The position numbers and the translations under genes are program-made. A stretch of DNA of 64,000 bases, taken from Macrostomum lignano (lineage: Eukaryota). The stretch is from the NCBI GenBank assembly GCA_002269645.1, contig NIVC01001486.1, positions 266,747-330,746 on the forward strand, given 5' to 3'. This document shows positions 23,571 to 37,313 of the stretch, piece after piece (position 1 is the stretch's first letter; each line of letters starts with the position of its first letter). Under the pieces are notes generated by a model. The model searched no databases. It was not told the origin of the DNA and worked only from the letters and a program-made list of their open reading frames with translations.

Positions 23571-26500
23571 CGTAAGCAGCCTTCAGCTGCGCCGAGCAAT
23601 AGCTGCGGCTGAGCTGTCGGTTGCACATCTGACTATCAGCGAAGGTACAAGCAATTATTACAACAATAGCAACAAAATACACCGAGTGGCCACAGAGAGG
23701 TGGAGATGTTAGAAGCCACGCCTTTGGGCCGCTCTTCTCAAAAAGTCTACTCCCCAGTCAGAGTCAAAATGAAGGCTCTCTCATCCCTCAGAAGCAGCTC
23801 AGAAGAGGTAGTTATTACTATTTACTAATACTCCAATATTATTGCAATATTGTTTACTCTTAAGGAGGATAACCTATAAAATTAAAGCCACAGTTAGCGA
23901 CCTATTCAGTCAGTGATTAGACAATAGTCGAAACTGAAATTGGAAGTGCTCTGGTTCTTTACTACTGACTATTAGTAAAGTCTATATACTACTACATCCG
24001 GCTCTATAACCAAATAAAAAATATAGCATCACAACGAAGCAACATCTATACTAACTCAGCGCCTCAGGAATTCTAGAACTTTTGACAGTCTACAAGTCAA
24101 TTAATGTCAACTCTGAAACGAAAGATAGGAACCTTCGATCCGTTCTGCTATTTACTTAGTTAGGCTTCCAGGAATCAGTTTGTGATAGTTTCTTGATCTA
24201 ACAAAGCTAAGCTGAGGGACTCATAATTGCTCAAACGAGCTCAAACTAAGATATCTAAGATTTTGCAAATTCGAAATTTGAGTCGATAAAATACTTGTAA
24301 TATGGTAGGTCTCATGTGTTTGATTTTGTATTTTTATGAATAATTTAAACAACTGTTTCCTTCCTTTAAGAAATAGATTCATAAACATAATGTGTGTTAA
24401 TTTAAATACGAGTAAAATTTTCAAGATTTTCTGTGCTCAAAATACTTTCTAAATGGAAAACACACCTTGTAAAATTATTTCCTAATCTATTAGATTCCAG
24501 GAAAAAAAATTAGGTGCCATTCCAAGCCAATTGTTTGTTTAACGGGCTTAAAATTCTGGGCTATTAAAGTCCATTTGCTTCCTTCTACGAGCGTAGAAAT
24601 AAATGGATTCTAACTTCCTGATATGGTTAACCAAACATAGGATACTGCAACAACTTTACTACTCTTTTCTTTTTGTTTGCTTTACGATAAATTGTGAAAT
24701 GCATCGCCGTCAGCCAGCAGGAAATGAACAAAACGCCACGTGCATGTCTGTCCTCGCCTGTAGGGTGACTGCACCGGCTGTCAGCTGTGACGAATATATC
24801 TGATCTGATGTAAGAGTTCGCGTGCTGACGGGCTGCTACATGTATTCAAATTAGCGACGAACACGTAGAACCTTGATTGATCGATGACAACTGGCCGATT
24901 ATTGGATTATTTGTATTTTTTTCTCTCAAACACGGTTGGCAGAAGTATAATATTCGCTTGCAACTGATAGCAAAGTAACGGATCAGGTGGGGTGGCTTCG
25001 GAAGATATGATCTTGTGGAGAACACGGTACTTAAACTGAATGCGGTTTAAGATCTGGCGGAAAGCGTTCTTTAATAATGCTTGAAAAAATGAACTTGCAA
25101 GCGGTAGTTTTAACAGACCAGCTCGTACCCAAGCTTCCTCTCCTCCGAAGCCACAGAATTCAAATGTTAAATAAAGTATTGCCAACCCAGTAAAACGAAG
25201 TATTGCCAACCATCGTCAGCAAACATAAAATACAACTCATTGAAAAAACCAGATTACACATTAAATATTCCCAGCTGATACGAGCTACCAACCGACAAAC
25301 CGACAAACAGACAAAAGAAACCGTCAACGTCACACAGCCATACACTGAAGTTTAATGCTGAGTTGTTTCGATAGATTATCTATTTATTCAATTGTCTACC
25401 GGTATCTCCGCTACCCAACCATACAATCCACCATTGAAGTGACAAATTCAGCTTATTGACGCAATACTATACGACACGACATGAGTACATTAAAACAAAA
25501 TAAAATACATGTAGCGTGCTTTCTGGCTTTGGCAGAAACTTTTTTCTTGAGCTAGCTAAGCTCGTACGTATAAATTGATGGACAAACAAGCGACACGAAG
25601 TCTAGGAGTTTCTTTGATTTGTTTGCAAAGTAGGGATGCGAAAAAAGCTAGGATTTACGAGTATTTTGGAATTTAAAAATTTTGCCAAAGCCAGAATATA
25701 CAGTCCATTAGGCTGACATTGTGCCGGCTGGCTATGTAGTCGGATTCCTCATGCGTGTCTTACGAGCTACTAATAAAACACGTTAGATTGGAAAACTGGT
25801 GCAGCGACTCGCGCTGCTACAAAACCCATTATGGCCGGCCTTACCATGATTTAAAGAACACTGGCTAAATTTAAAATACGGCTTTTCTTTCAAAAAATAC
25901 AGACGGAAATGCACCATTGCATTTTCCAGCCAGCACCAGGGTTGTAAGGGTGTGCCAATACTTTCACAGTGAATTGGGACTGAGGGGGCGCAGCCCCCAA
26001 GCCCTAGCCCCCTGGATGCACCAGTAGTGCATCAGGCCTGAAAACTCAAACAATCCAGTACTCGAAGCCCCAAGATTAAGTCGCTGAATCTTAATGCGTC
26101 AAAAGTTTAGAAAATTCGTGTAAGAGAAACGGATGTGCTTCCGGTGTTCAAGGCTTGGGTTTGTTCCGAAGTTGAGTTGAGTTGACCAAATCACCAACGC
26201 GCGACTGGATCGCCGGTCTATCTAAGAGACTTTTTGCGCCGTCGATGACTCACTCCAGCTGGCTGAGAAAATGTCACAGTTGATAAGAGTGAAACCAGAG
26301 CTACTGCCATCAGTCTCTACAGGACGTCCTGCTGTTCACCTTGCAGACTTAATTTAGGCAGAGCCAACCTCAAACCAGTCTATACGTGGGCTGCGTGCTG
26401 TGCGACGACGGGCGGCCGACATCGTAGGCGAGTGGACTTCTCCGCGCTGCGGCGCGCCATCTGACTCACCCTGATCGCATCAACTAAGAACTTGTAAACA

Positions 26501-26958
26501 AGGGCGTTTTCTGTTGTTGGTAAACATTGAAATATCAAGGTTTAATATATATGACAAGTTATTATGTCTTTAGGTTTAATACATGATGACAAAAACACCT
26601 CCTCAAGCCACTATCCTGCGTCCCAGATGCAGAGAAATGATCGTTTTTTGCGAAATTTATTGGGCTCTGCTTAGCTTCTTTTGTTTATATTGAGATCGGC
26701 TGTCAAACATTGGATAGCAGCATTAACTAATGAAGAATATTCGACTGTCTGCTCAGGCTTAAGTAATTTACTAACTACTTTAGCCAAGACTGGATCACTC
26801 TAACTGTCACGGGTCTTAAGCAATCTTACAGAGGTAGTAACTGTATGTATATCTATTTTAATGTTTCCGAAGTTAAAAATATCTAATTTTTTATTGTTCA
26901 TTGTTCGTCTTCTCCATGCCGACACCCTCGTGTCGCAAGACTCAAGTCAGTTTCGCGC

Positions 26959-27740
26959 TCAGCCACGCTGGTAGAGAGTCCAGTCGGGTCCGGTCAGGCT
27001 GGCTGGTGGGTAGGCGAACGCAAGCAGGTGGCAGGCGAGCAGCCGCTTCGAAAAAACGGCGGCCTGGCAGGCGGCTCTGGCGCTGCACCGGAGCAGGCAG
27101 TCCGCGACAGACTGGTCAACGGCCGGCCAGGACGAGGTTTTGGAGCTGTCGGTCTTGACGAAGAGGCTGTTGTCCTTCTGAACCAGGTAGTAACGGTCTA
27201 AAATAGAAATTTGCGAAACAACCACCGTTTTTCTGCTGTCTCTTTCATTAGGTCTTGAAATAATTTTAAGATGCCGCAAAATAGTTGATTGAAAATTATT
27301 TCAGACCGTGGATTAATCAATTGCCCGTCACACTCACTCGGGTAGGTCAGAGCGAACACCGAGTTGCGAGCTCGACCTCCGCATATTTGCTGCGAGTTTC
27401 CACTGCACTGTCTATTGCAGTCGCTCTCATTGCCTTTGCCCTGCGATCCGATTGAGTTGCCGCAGAAGCACTGCTGACCGACCTGCACCCCGAAGTACGA
27501 GAATCCGCCCAGAGAGCAGGCGCTGCTGCACAGCTCGAGAGTCATGCTAGTTTTTATGAAAGGGTCGTTTGACCGAACCTTAAACGGACCCATCTGGGTG
27601 ACTTCGGTCAGTCCGTCTAAATCTCTGGCTTTGCCCGTGTAGTCCACGTAGCAACCCACGTACGAGTAATTGACAAACCTGCAGGTCGCGCAGGTAAGCA
27701 GAGCGCCGAGTAAAATTGAAATTCGCGATAGTTGCTCCAT
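26959..27740 (-). CDS. WSC-PAN secreted protein copy E, join(26959..27197,27338..27740), 213 aa, intact
   Basis: Hydrophobic signal, then YVGCY...CSSACSLGGFSYFGVQVGQQCFCGN...CNRQCSGN...CGG (WSC). Phase-1 GT-AG intron. Exon 2 has a PAN/apple-like CxxxCxxxxxC...C motif ending YQRG*. The exon lengths sum in frame. Confidence 0.88.
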
Positions 27741-30700
27741 GTGCATTACGAGTATACTTTGGATATTTTACTGTTAATGGAATTAGTCGGGTTTATAGCA
27801 TAGTATGAAACCCATTGGCAGTGGATAGCAGACCAGCAACCAATCACATCGGCCGCGTTCTTTCGCTAGTTTTTTTCCTGGACGAATCCGATGCTAATCG
27901 CGCCTAGCAGTTGGCTCAATACTGTAACAGTTATGCGTCTGTTGTGCTCACATTCTCGTGGCATATTGTCGGTTTCTCAGTAAAGCTGAGGTTGCTCATT
28001 TTTATTTACCTAAGATGGAAAATTACTGAAGCTCACAGTCGACACTTCCTGATAAGACTTTCGATGAGTTATGGAAGTTGTGTTGTTTTTTCTGCAAAGT
28101 GATTTTTGAGTTTTTATCTTAAATCTTCTCACTAAAAACTTAAACTTTTTATTTTGAAATAGCTTGTGTCGACTCAACGCTTCTCTGAGATGACATTGGA
28201 ATTAAGCCCACATGCAACGGACTTCAATGACTACACTTTTTTGGTTAAATAAGCGACATTCGTTTCTCATTTCTCTTATTCATTTCAGAGACTACTGTTT
28301 AAATCAGAATTCGCGATCACAACGGAAGACTAGCTGATTTAGATTATTGTAATTGAAAAGAACTCAAGCAGCCCAGTTTATATATTAAAGCTTATAACAA
28401 TTTTCTGCATCGATAGTTGCATGTAGTACCGGATACGGCAGATATACGAGAGTACGGCAGTAAAGTTTTGCAGAGCCACTGTAACTTCCATTAGTTACGA
28501 TTAGCTTCGATTTGCCGCATTTTCTGCTTTGAGTCCTTCGGCCAGGTGAAACAATACTTATCCGCTTCTGCAAAGAAGCAAGTACTGGCAGCAGAAGTTG
28601 CGGCAGACTTCATCCGGCACTGAATCTGCCTGAGCGGAGGCAAAGTCTGATTACACAGCGACTTTGCTTACCGAAGCGAAAGTTAAAAGCGCTTAAAATG
28701 TTTAAGAAGTCGGGATCTTTGTAGCAAGACCGGCAGACTCCATCAATCTGGATATAAAACGTTTTAAATTTTAACAGAAAGAATGCACGACGCGCGTAGA
28801 GGCTACCCTAGCATTTTGGCTGTTAATGAAGTAATGGATCTGTGGAAGACTCACCCACCATTAAAAGAGGCAGCTATCAACACAGCATTTGTACGACAAT
28901 AATTCAAGTTAAAAATACCGTTTAGGGAAGAAGCTTCTTTCACTATTCACAGAATAATTGTCTCTGTTGAATGAACCCAGGCTAAATTCACTTTTGAAAG
29001 TAAAACTTCTGTAGGCAAAAACTCAATTTGAAAATCTGATTCATGCCCTTTGACATCTCTGTCGGTAAAAACATTTTGCTCTCAATTGTACATGCACAAA
29101 CGAGATTTCAATCTGATTCCAGTACGACAATCAATAGTTAAGACTCAATTGGTTATGCGTGACGGTCGGTCTGTTTAACATTGACGCTAACAAATATTTG
29201 GTTATTCGCTGCGTGCTTGTGGCTACCCTGGTGCAACGCTGTCCGCAACAGCGTCCCACAACAAGTTTCTACGGCAACTCTGCCCGTTCCCCAGACTCCT
29301 GAGCGCATGCAAGCACGCCGATACTGTACTCAGGCACGCTCTCATACGCACGCTCACACAGGGTTTGTTGTTGTTAAACGGGTGGGAAGCGTGTGCTTTC
29401 CGCGGATCAGCCCAGAGAAAGGCTCTACCGCTGGATATTGTAGGGGCCATACTACCAGGGGTATATAGCCCGAGAGGCCCAGATTGGGACTGGGACTCAT
29501 GGCCTAGCTAAGAAACCTTATTGGATGCTACTAGCCCAAGCCTATGGGAACACCGCCAACCCAACACTGGAATCAGGAGACGGGTGCAAAGACTGATCCA
29601 CCCAAGCCACCCCCAACGACAAGTCCCGAGTGTGCGCGAAAAAAGATTGGGATTGAAAATTTCGGAAAATTTCTCGAAAGCGGTCCAAGAGCGAGAAACC
29701 CGAGTCTACAGAAATGGCTTTAAGATTGGAGCCAATCTCTTATAGGGCTGCAAGCCTCAAGGCTTTTTCACTACTCAGCTCTAATAAGCCCAAGTCAAGG
29801 GGTTGGAGAGGAGCACCACAGAGCAAAGAGACACCGGACTCAGCCGGTATTCCCCGATTCAGGACGAGCATCTTCCCCAGTACACCAATCCACTGTCAGA
29901 GATGAGAGCCAGAGACACAATAAGCAGGGAGACAACCAGAGGAGCCAGCAGATGGACCAAGGGAGCAGATGGAATCACAGAGGCGAGATCTATAAACACA
30001 AAGATGCCACGAAGGCAGGAATAAAAGCAAAGGAGGAGGATCACCCAACCTCTGGGGCTCAGCCTCAGGGCTGGCATCAACTGGACTCTACTGTACACTT
30101 TTGTGAATGGTCGTCTTTCCTGCAGGGCGGGTACGACCGGGGGGCTCAAGTCCCGATCTATCCACACTGCAGTCCAGAGTCACAATCACTCCAGGTACAC
30201 CCCACTAAATCAAGGCAGGGTCAAAAAAGAAAGGGTTATTTTTAGAATGTACATCACCTCCGGTGAGGACACTTGAGCTACCCGAGTGGATAGGCCAATT
30301 GGATTGCGCACAACCCGAGAAATGCCGCCAGAGGGCAGCCGGGGTAAAAACAGTCAGAGACCGACTTTACGGCTGGGTAAAACACAGGGTTTACGGCGAC
30401 CCTGACTTTGTAATCGTCAGGCATATTCACTCTCTGTGCGTGTGGGTTGGTGTGAATTTTCGTTCACAAGCCCCAAAATGAATGTGGCCTGGTGTCAATC
30501 AAACAACGAGTATGATAATTTGGGCAATTTTGGCTTTGAATTAATAAGAGCGCGATAGGCAAGATCGAATGAAAAAAAAACTGATAGCTACCAAAAAGAA
30601 AAGAAGGCGGACATTGCATGGTTTCAAAGCTGCCATTATTAATAAAAGACGAAGCTGGCAAAAACTGTATTCATCATCTTCGCATCAGCTGCATGGCTCA

Positions 30701-31888
30701 CTGATGGTTTCACGTTTATTAATTTTGAGCTGGAATGCAATTCTGCAAACTTGATCAAACTTAGTAGTGTTTTAGGATTGATAAAAATTGCTGCTGTGAA
30801 GATGATAAGCCGCTCCTCAATTATTAGGGACGCGTGTTCAGTCCCGTCAGTCAACTGTCCCGAGATGTCGCTCGATTGATTAGGGCCCACCGAACCCCAG
30901 AGGTTGTTCAGGTTGAACTGAATATTCGGGCTGAAATGTACTAAACTAAAGGCATTAAAATATTCATAAACACTTAGTAGATCCTGAGCAGCTACTATTC
31001 ACTTTGTACTTTTTGCTCGCAATAGGTTTGCAGGTTTGCAGTTTGCATTCAAATTCTTTATTTTACGTAGCGGAAAGGAAAGCGGAAAAGGAGGTGTATG
31101 AGTCCTGGGTCGGCTGACTCCGGTCCGCAGGACTTATGCAGCTCGCAAAGCCACTCTATCTGGCCCTCGGGTCTTTCGAAACTTCACAACAGCAAACCGG
31201 CCCGCCCAAGGTTTGAGTCTCTTCTCAGCTCTCTTCTCTCTAATCTCTTGTCCCTTCTCTTTTCTCTACTCCTCCTTCTCTTCTCTCCTCTCTTCTGCCT
31301 GTTTTTCTAAATATTGTCCACAACAAGGAAAGCCGAATCCGAGTACGGAGATGCCAAAAAATGGAGTTTAAGTCTAGAAATCTTCGAAAAAAGTAAAATC
31401 GTGATCGCAGACATCATAACAGTGTGATTAGAACTATTCCAAATATTTTAATCGGTCAAAAAAATAAACAACGCATAGTGAGTATAGTGATGTATATTGC
31501 TCAGATACTGCTCAAATATAGCTCGTACAGTTTGCAAACTGCAAATTACTTTTGCAAACAGGGTTCATCGGCGCTGTGTCTCTCATAGGCAGTGCTAGTG
31601 CTGAGATACCACTGGCTCGTCTAGTTTGTTTTAACCTACAGTATTCAGCAATTAGAACAGGCAAAAATGATTTTTTCGTGTTATATACAGGGCGGAAGTG
31701 TCGAATGGAGTCAAAATATGCAGGTAGACAGCCAGGTCTGCGCTTCGGCAGTTTTCGTGAACTACCGTAAAGACATTTTCGTTGTTTGATTTTAACAGAG
31801 TACTGTGTCTTGGCTCTGGCTAAATGGATTGCTAATGTAGTGGCAATCTTCCATTAACTAAAAATAATGTACGTGTGAGTGCTGGGCG

Positions 31889-31941
31889 CTCAGCCACCCA
31901 CGAACAGAATCCAGTCGGGTCCGGTCAGGCTGGCTGGCGGG
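31889..31941 (-). pseudogene. Short remnant of a PAN exon 3' end (PPASLTGPDW...)
   Basis: CCAGTCGGGTCCGGTCAGGCTGGCTGGCGGG matches the conserved family tail. Confidence 0.65.
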
Positions 31942-32755
31942 CATGGGAGAAACGGCTGGGAGAGAACGTTCGTGAATAGAAAATATGTCAAGAATACACT
32001 TTAAGCGTATGTCTACTCAATCAACTGCTTTTTGAATAGATTTCATCAGTTAAGACACATCGCAACTTCGCAACACAGAATACGTGATTTCGTGAAGTCT
32101 ATTCGGCCATTCTTAAGAGACTTAAAAACTCCAACTGCAGTCAAAGAGGCGCTTGCAAACCTGAAAATGATCTGGCGGCAGCAAGCTAATGCTATTGAAC
32201 TCATTTTTCTGTCCTATATTTAGGTAGCAAGAAAGAAATCGGTAATTCCCTTCTAAGACCTGTGTGTTTAAACAGGGAAGCAGCAGTGTTGACCAGCCTG
32301 AGAAACTGTTTGCTCTACCATTAGTCCCGGCGTTTAGTCAACAAATAAAATATGAAACTTCGTCTTAACACATCATTGACGCAGTCCTGACTGCATGGAA
32401 ACTGAGATGTATGTGCCTTGTAAACTATCATTGAATCCCTGCTTTTTCGACCCTTTCTTCCAGACACGGTTTGCTACTGCTTTTGTGAGCCATGGTGCAT
32501 GTATTCTCGAATCGGAGCTAGAATTGCTGCCAATAATTGCTGAAAAACACATCTTTCATTGCCCTTTCTCAGTGAAATAAAGAATAAATGACATTATTTC
32601 TAGATGCCAAAAAAATTTTCTCTTGATAACTTCCCACACTTTTTATTGATTGACAAGCGGAATTGATCGGAACAGACTGCAAAGTTTAGAACCGCCACAA
32701 AACTTCAAAGTTTCAGACTGATCGTGCCAGAATGTTTCGTCAAGTGCTTTGTAAC

Positions 32756-33485
32756 TCAGCCACGCTGGTAGAGAGTCCAGTCGGGTCCGGTCAGGCTGGC
32801 TGGCGGGTAGGCGAACGCCAGCAGGTGGCAGGCGAGCAGCCGCTCGAAGAAAACGGCGGCCTGGCAGTCGGCTGTGGCGCTGCACCGGGCCAGGCAGTCC
32901 ATGACGGATGGGGCAGCGGCCGGCCAGGACGAGGTCTTGCTGGTCTCCACGGCGAGGGTAGAATCCTTCATCATCTTGTAGAAGTTTTGGTCTAAAACAG
33001 ATTGTGGTTGAGATGTGTTTTAGAAAGGCCCCCTGTAGATAGCCTTGAAGGTCAATCAATCGTCGCAAGAACAAAAGTTACTCACTCGGGTAGGTCAGAG
33101 CGAACACCGAGTTTCGCCATGGAGCTCCGCAGATCTGCGATGAGTTTCCTTTGCACTGTGTGCTGCAGTCGCTTTCGTTGGCTTTGCCCTGAGATCCGAG
33201 GAAGCTGCCACAGAGGCACGATTTTCCACTCTGCACACCAAAGTAGGCGAAGCCACCAAGTGAGCACACACTGCTGCAGAGCTCGTGCGACATTTCGGTC
33301 TTGTTTATCCACTTTCTGGAGGTGATTTCGTATTCGCCAATCCTTGTGACACCGTTTAGCCCGTTCAAGTCTCTGATTTCGCTAGTGTCCACGTAGCAGC
33401 CAACATATGAGAAGCGGACGACCCTGCATGCCGCGCAGGTCAGGAGGGCGCAGATCAGAACTAGCAGTTTCGGCACCCAAAGCAT
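32756..33485 (-). CDS. WSC-PAN secreted protein copy F, join(32756..32991,33086..33485), 211 aa, intact; paralog of D
   Basis: Open signal + WSC exon, GTGAGT donor, TTTTAG acceptor, in-frame PAN-like exon ending YQRG*. Confidence 0.88.
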
Positions 33486-34384
33486 GTTCTCAGTTTCTCA
33501 ACTGCAAGCTACTTAGCTGGAGCTCGCGACTTCGAGCTTTTAAAGTTGAGAATCTGTCCGCTCGTCCAATGGCGTACCAGCTTTGATTAAACCAATCAGA
33601 TGCAGTTCTTCAGCCAAGTCAAGATTTTTTTAATGTGCATAGGTGATCAGTTTCGGTAAATTGTTTTTCAATCGAGTTGAACGTAATCGTTCCCTTGTTC
33701 ACCGCGAATGCAACGCTCATTATTCAGGAGAAACATGCAATGCTCTGCCGCCCAAGCTACAAAAAACAACCGATGTTGAGCATTGAGGGCCATTTCGAGT
33801 TTCTTTTTTATATTTTATACGCTCCTACGTACTGATACTTTCTAGACCCGGCATACCCTGCATACCCGGCACGGCACACTTGCTGTAACTCACATCAGCA
33901 AGGTCCGCAAAGTGACTGAGTTCTTCAATGAATGAGAAAGAATTATTTTATTTTTGATTTGCATCTTGATTTCTACTTATATTGCAAATACTCGTAGAAC
34001 AATCATTGCTTCAAGATGCTTTTAGTTGCAATAAAAGCCTTCTTATAATTTCTGTGTTGAAGTATCTAAGAAATGAAATATAACATGTTACTTATGGCTG
34101 CACCCAAGGACTTCTAGGTAGTCATTGGCTGCACCTAACTTGGCAAAATTTTGTGAATTTTTTGATGACATGCTTCTAGGGATGGCGTAAGCATTCGTGA
34201 ACGCCTGTGCCTTCCTGCTCGCAAAATAGCTACTCAAGCATTGAGTACTCATAATTCCAGAAAATCCTAGTTCGGAATCAAAGACGTTTTGAAATCATTC
34301 ATATATGTAGTTGTAAAAAACACGGGCTCTGGAGATGATAAGTGAAGCTCCAAAATATTTCATATTCATATTTCATATTTCATA

Positions 34385-35410
34385 TTTCCTATTCAACATT
34401 GATTTTAATTGCGGAACTCTCTCCACCAAAGTTTTTCGGAAAAGCACGTTGACCAATCTCATCCTGAACTTCAATGCTTTATGTCCAAGACAGTGGAAAT
34501 CCGGCCTGATTAGATGTCTGCTCCACAGAGCTTTCAGTGTCTGCAACACCTGGACTAACTTTGACCAAGAAGTGATTTTTCTGACCAAAATGTTTCAACA
34601 AAATGGCTATCCTCGTGCGTTTATCCACTCTCTCATTCACAAATTCGTCTCTGAGAAAATCGTCAATCAGCCTAGCGCTAAAGCCGATCCCATCGATCTC
34701 AACGAACCAACTCTTGTCCTCCATTTCTTTGGCTATCCTTCTCAACTTTTCAAAAATAAAATCTGCAAATTATTCCGCAACTCGCTTAATTGCAACATGG
34801 CCGTGTCATCTTTCGTTCTGCTAAGGTTGGCAACTTTGTCGGTCGGTTGAAGTCACGTGTTCCCTGTGCTCTTCGTGCTGGTGTCGTTTATCAGTTCAAC
34901 TGCTCTGATGACCAGAGCGTCTCCTACCTGGGGAAGACAAAAAGGCACCTGCACACTAGAATCAGGGAGCACTGGCTGAAACCGTCGGCTTTCCAAAACC
35001 ATCTCTTAGAGTGTATTAGTTGCTACGACTGCAAACCCGAAGAGCGCTTCAAGGTCATTGATCAATGCTCATTTGACTCCAAACTCCAGATAATTGAAGC
35101 GCTGTACATTAAAGCGCATTCCCCCAACCTCAATACTCAACTCCAACACAGTGGCGCGGGACATGTTTTCCGTGTGTTCTGAGGGAGGGGACACTGGATG
35201 TACATTATATACTTCTAACTATTTCGACTATCATTCCGTCCCTAGACTTTGCCTCTCGACTTTTGGACCAACAAACATGTACTTCAAATATTGATTGATT
35301 TTACACCCAAAATTTTGTATTTATTTACTGCCGATCTCACTCGTTTCTTTCGCTCAAAAATAAACCTAAAGATGCACAGTATCGTGCGAAACGCGTCGTT
35401 CAATTAAATT
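34385..35410 (+). mobile_element. 5'-truncated Penelope-like retroelement: RT C-terminus, GIY-YIG endonuclease and 3' UTR
   Basis: LSTKVFRKST.TN..LNF...CP...KSGLIRCLLHRA...NGYP is typical of the PLE RT thumb. After a frameshift at ~34820 come GVVYQFNC...YLGKTKRHLHTRIREH and IIEALYIK...PNLN (GIY-YIG). Stop at 35182. Confidence 0.9.
35361..35403 (+). ncRNA. Minimal type-I hammerhead-ribozyme-like motif (core variant CUAAAGA) in the Penelope 3' end
   Basis: AAC-CTAAAGA-T-GCAC agtatc GTGC-GAAACGCGTC-GTT. This gives stem I (AAC/GTT), stem II (GCAC/GTGC), GAAA, a palindromic ACGCGT stem III and a GUC site. Core G5 is replaced by A. Confidence 0.6.
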
Positions 35411-35689
35411 AATTTAATGTTGATTTTGCCTTCCTATTCATCGTACTTGCCAAGCGAGCAACTTTACCTGAATTTCATATTCGTACGAGTAAGCTACTCG
35501 CACACATGCCAAGATCATCTGAGAAGCACTTCGAAACAAATTATGTCGAATGGAAACCTGATTTTGTCACTCATTCAAAATATATTTGTTCTTAGCTTCT
35601 CTTCCAACATCTAGTAGATTATGTGTATTAGTTGCATTCCTGAGTGGCGTACAGTTCTGGATGTAGTTTCAGACACGGACACTTTTGAG

Positions 35690-35901
35690 ACAGTCCAGTC
35701 GGGTCCGGTCAGGCTGGCTGGCAGGTAGACGAACGCCAGCAGGTGGCAGGCGAGCAGCCGCTCGGAGAAAACGGCGGCCTGGCAGTCGGCTGTGGCGCTG
35801 CACCGGAGCAGGCAGTCAGCGTCAGACTGGGCAGCGGCCGGCCAGGAGGAGTTCAAGCACTAGTTGGACGAGACTGTTTTGCTTCATCGTTGTGTAGACG
35901 T
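35690..35901 (-). pseudogene. Orphan PAN exon of the WSC-PAN family, with no adjacent WSC exon
   Basis: TTTCAG acceptor at 35902, then SSWPAAAQSDADCLLRCSATADCQAAVFSERLLACHLLAFVYLPASLTGPDWT. Frameshift near the 5' end; the normal YQRG* end is lost. Confidence 0.75.
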
Positions 35902-36714
35902 CTGAAAGTCAGCGTCTATGTCAGTAAGAATACCTGACTCATTGCTTCATTCAAACAGAATTCATTTGCTGTTTCTAAAAAAGTGCATTACTAAATCCAT
36001 ACAAGGCTGGTATACCTTAGTAAAATGTACTTAAAACCGTTAATAACATCGCTAAAGTTTTATTAGCGATGTCACCTAGGTGACTAGGTCGTAAATTCAA
36101 AAACTGGTGCCTTGTCCAGCCTTCTTGGAGGTGACAATAATTTTAAGGACATGCTTATATTTTCATAAATGGATCGTATCAGTCCAGGTAATTGGGTCTG
36201 GAAATCGTTCAAAACAAAAATAGAGCTATCAAACATGCGGCTGGATATTCCGAATTTTTGTCAATTTTGTTCTGTGCAGAGTCATTGGGTGGCTGCACTC
36301 TGGAGTAAGTGAGTCTATTAAAGTGTCTGGGTCCAACTGTATTGTTCACGGAGCAGTGAATCTACTGTTGCATGGTAATAATTATGCCAAAAGCTAGTAT
36401 GATTTTGTGAGTATCTTGCGGCGAGATTTTCTTAGAAATGGACTGGAGGCCGGTAACCGGAAAGGCACGTTTATTTGTCGTTTTGCTAAGTGCATTTTGT
36501 AAGCACTCGAGCAATCAGATTTCTATCGACCGAATTGGATAAAATATTTTTTTTCTTAAGATCGGCCATTGTTCGGTCTGGATCCCTGCATACCCGGCAC
36601 ACTTGCTGGAACTCACATCAGCAAGGTCCGCAAAGTGAGTGAGTTCTTCAATAAATGAGAAAGAATTATTTTATGTTTTGATTTGCATCTCGATTTTTAT
36701 TTATACTGCAATTA

Positions 36715-37313
36715 CACTCAGCAACAGTCAGAAGTTCCACCCTCCAAACGAGGTGAATTTTTCTCACTTATTGCGAGAGACGCAACTTACCGGCAAACGC
36801 GAAGCTTATTAAAACTTGGGGGTGGCTTGGGACTGCATAACGCATGGTACAAAACAAAAGCCGCCACACCGAGCCGATGCTGTTAGTCAACTGAAAGAAC
36901 AGCTGCAGCTGCGCACTCTGCGCTGGTCTTCCCGGTCCCCAGACATGAATCATGTCTGGGACTTCCTAAAACGCAGCTTTCGAAAAGAGAATCCACCACA
37001 GAATGTTGCCACTGAAAACGCTTGGCAGCAGCTTCCCCAGGACTTTCTGCGCCGCCTCATCCTGATCCTCATTCTCATCCGCAGTTCTGCGTGCGAAGGG
37101 ATCCCACACGCGGTACTAAGCATCGCGATTCTAACTGCATATTGCATGCAAAAAAAACTGTTCTGATTTTGTGCGACTAAACGTTTATTACTGATTCAAT
37201 AAACTTTACCTTCCTCGTGGCGGCTTAGTTGCGTAACTGGAGGGTGGAATTGTAAGTGAGAAGTTGTCGCAATAAGTGAGCAAATTTTCATCTCGCTTGG
37301 AGGGTGGAAATTT
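36715..37313 (+). mobile_element. Internally deleted Tc1/mariner DNA transposon
   Basis: WSSRSPDMNHVWDFLKR...AWQQLPQDFLRRLI matches the Tc1 C-terminal WPxxSPDLNPIEHVW motif. Inverted ends TTCCACCCTCCAA.CGAG.TGAA..TT.CTCACTTATTGCGA. Starts after TA. Confidence 0.8.

Noticed and set aside
29859-30167. ORF with IFVFIDLASV as a LINE reverse-transcriptase fragment
   Set aside because: It only loosely resembles xFLDLxKAFD, and no other RT motif is at the expected spacing.
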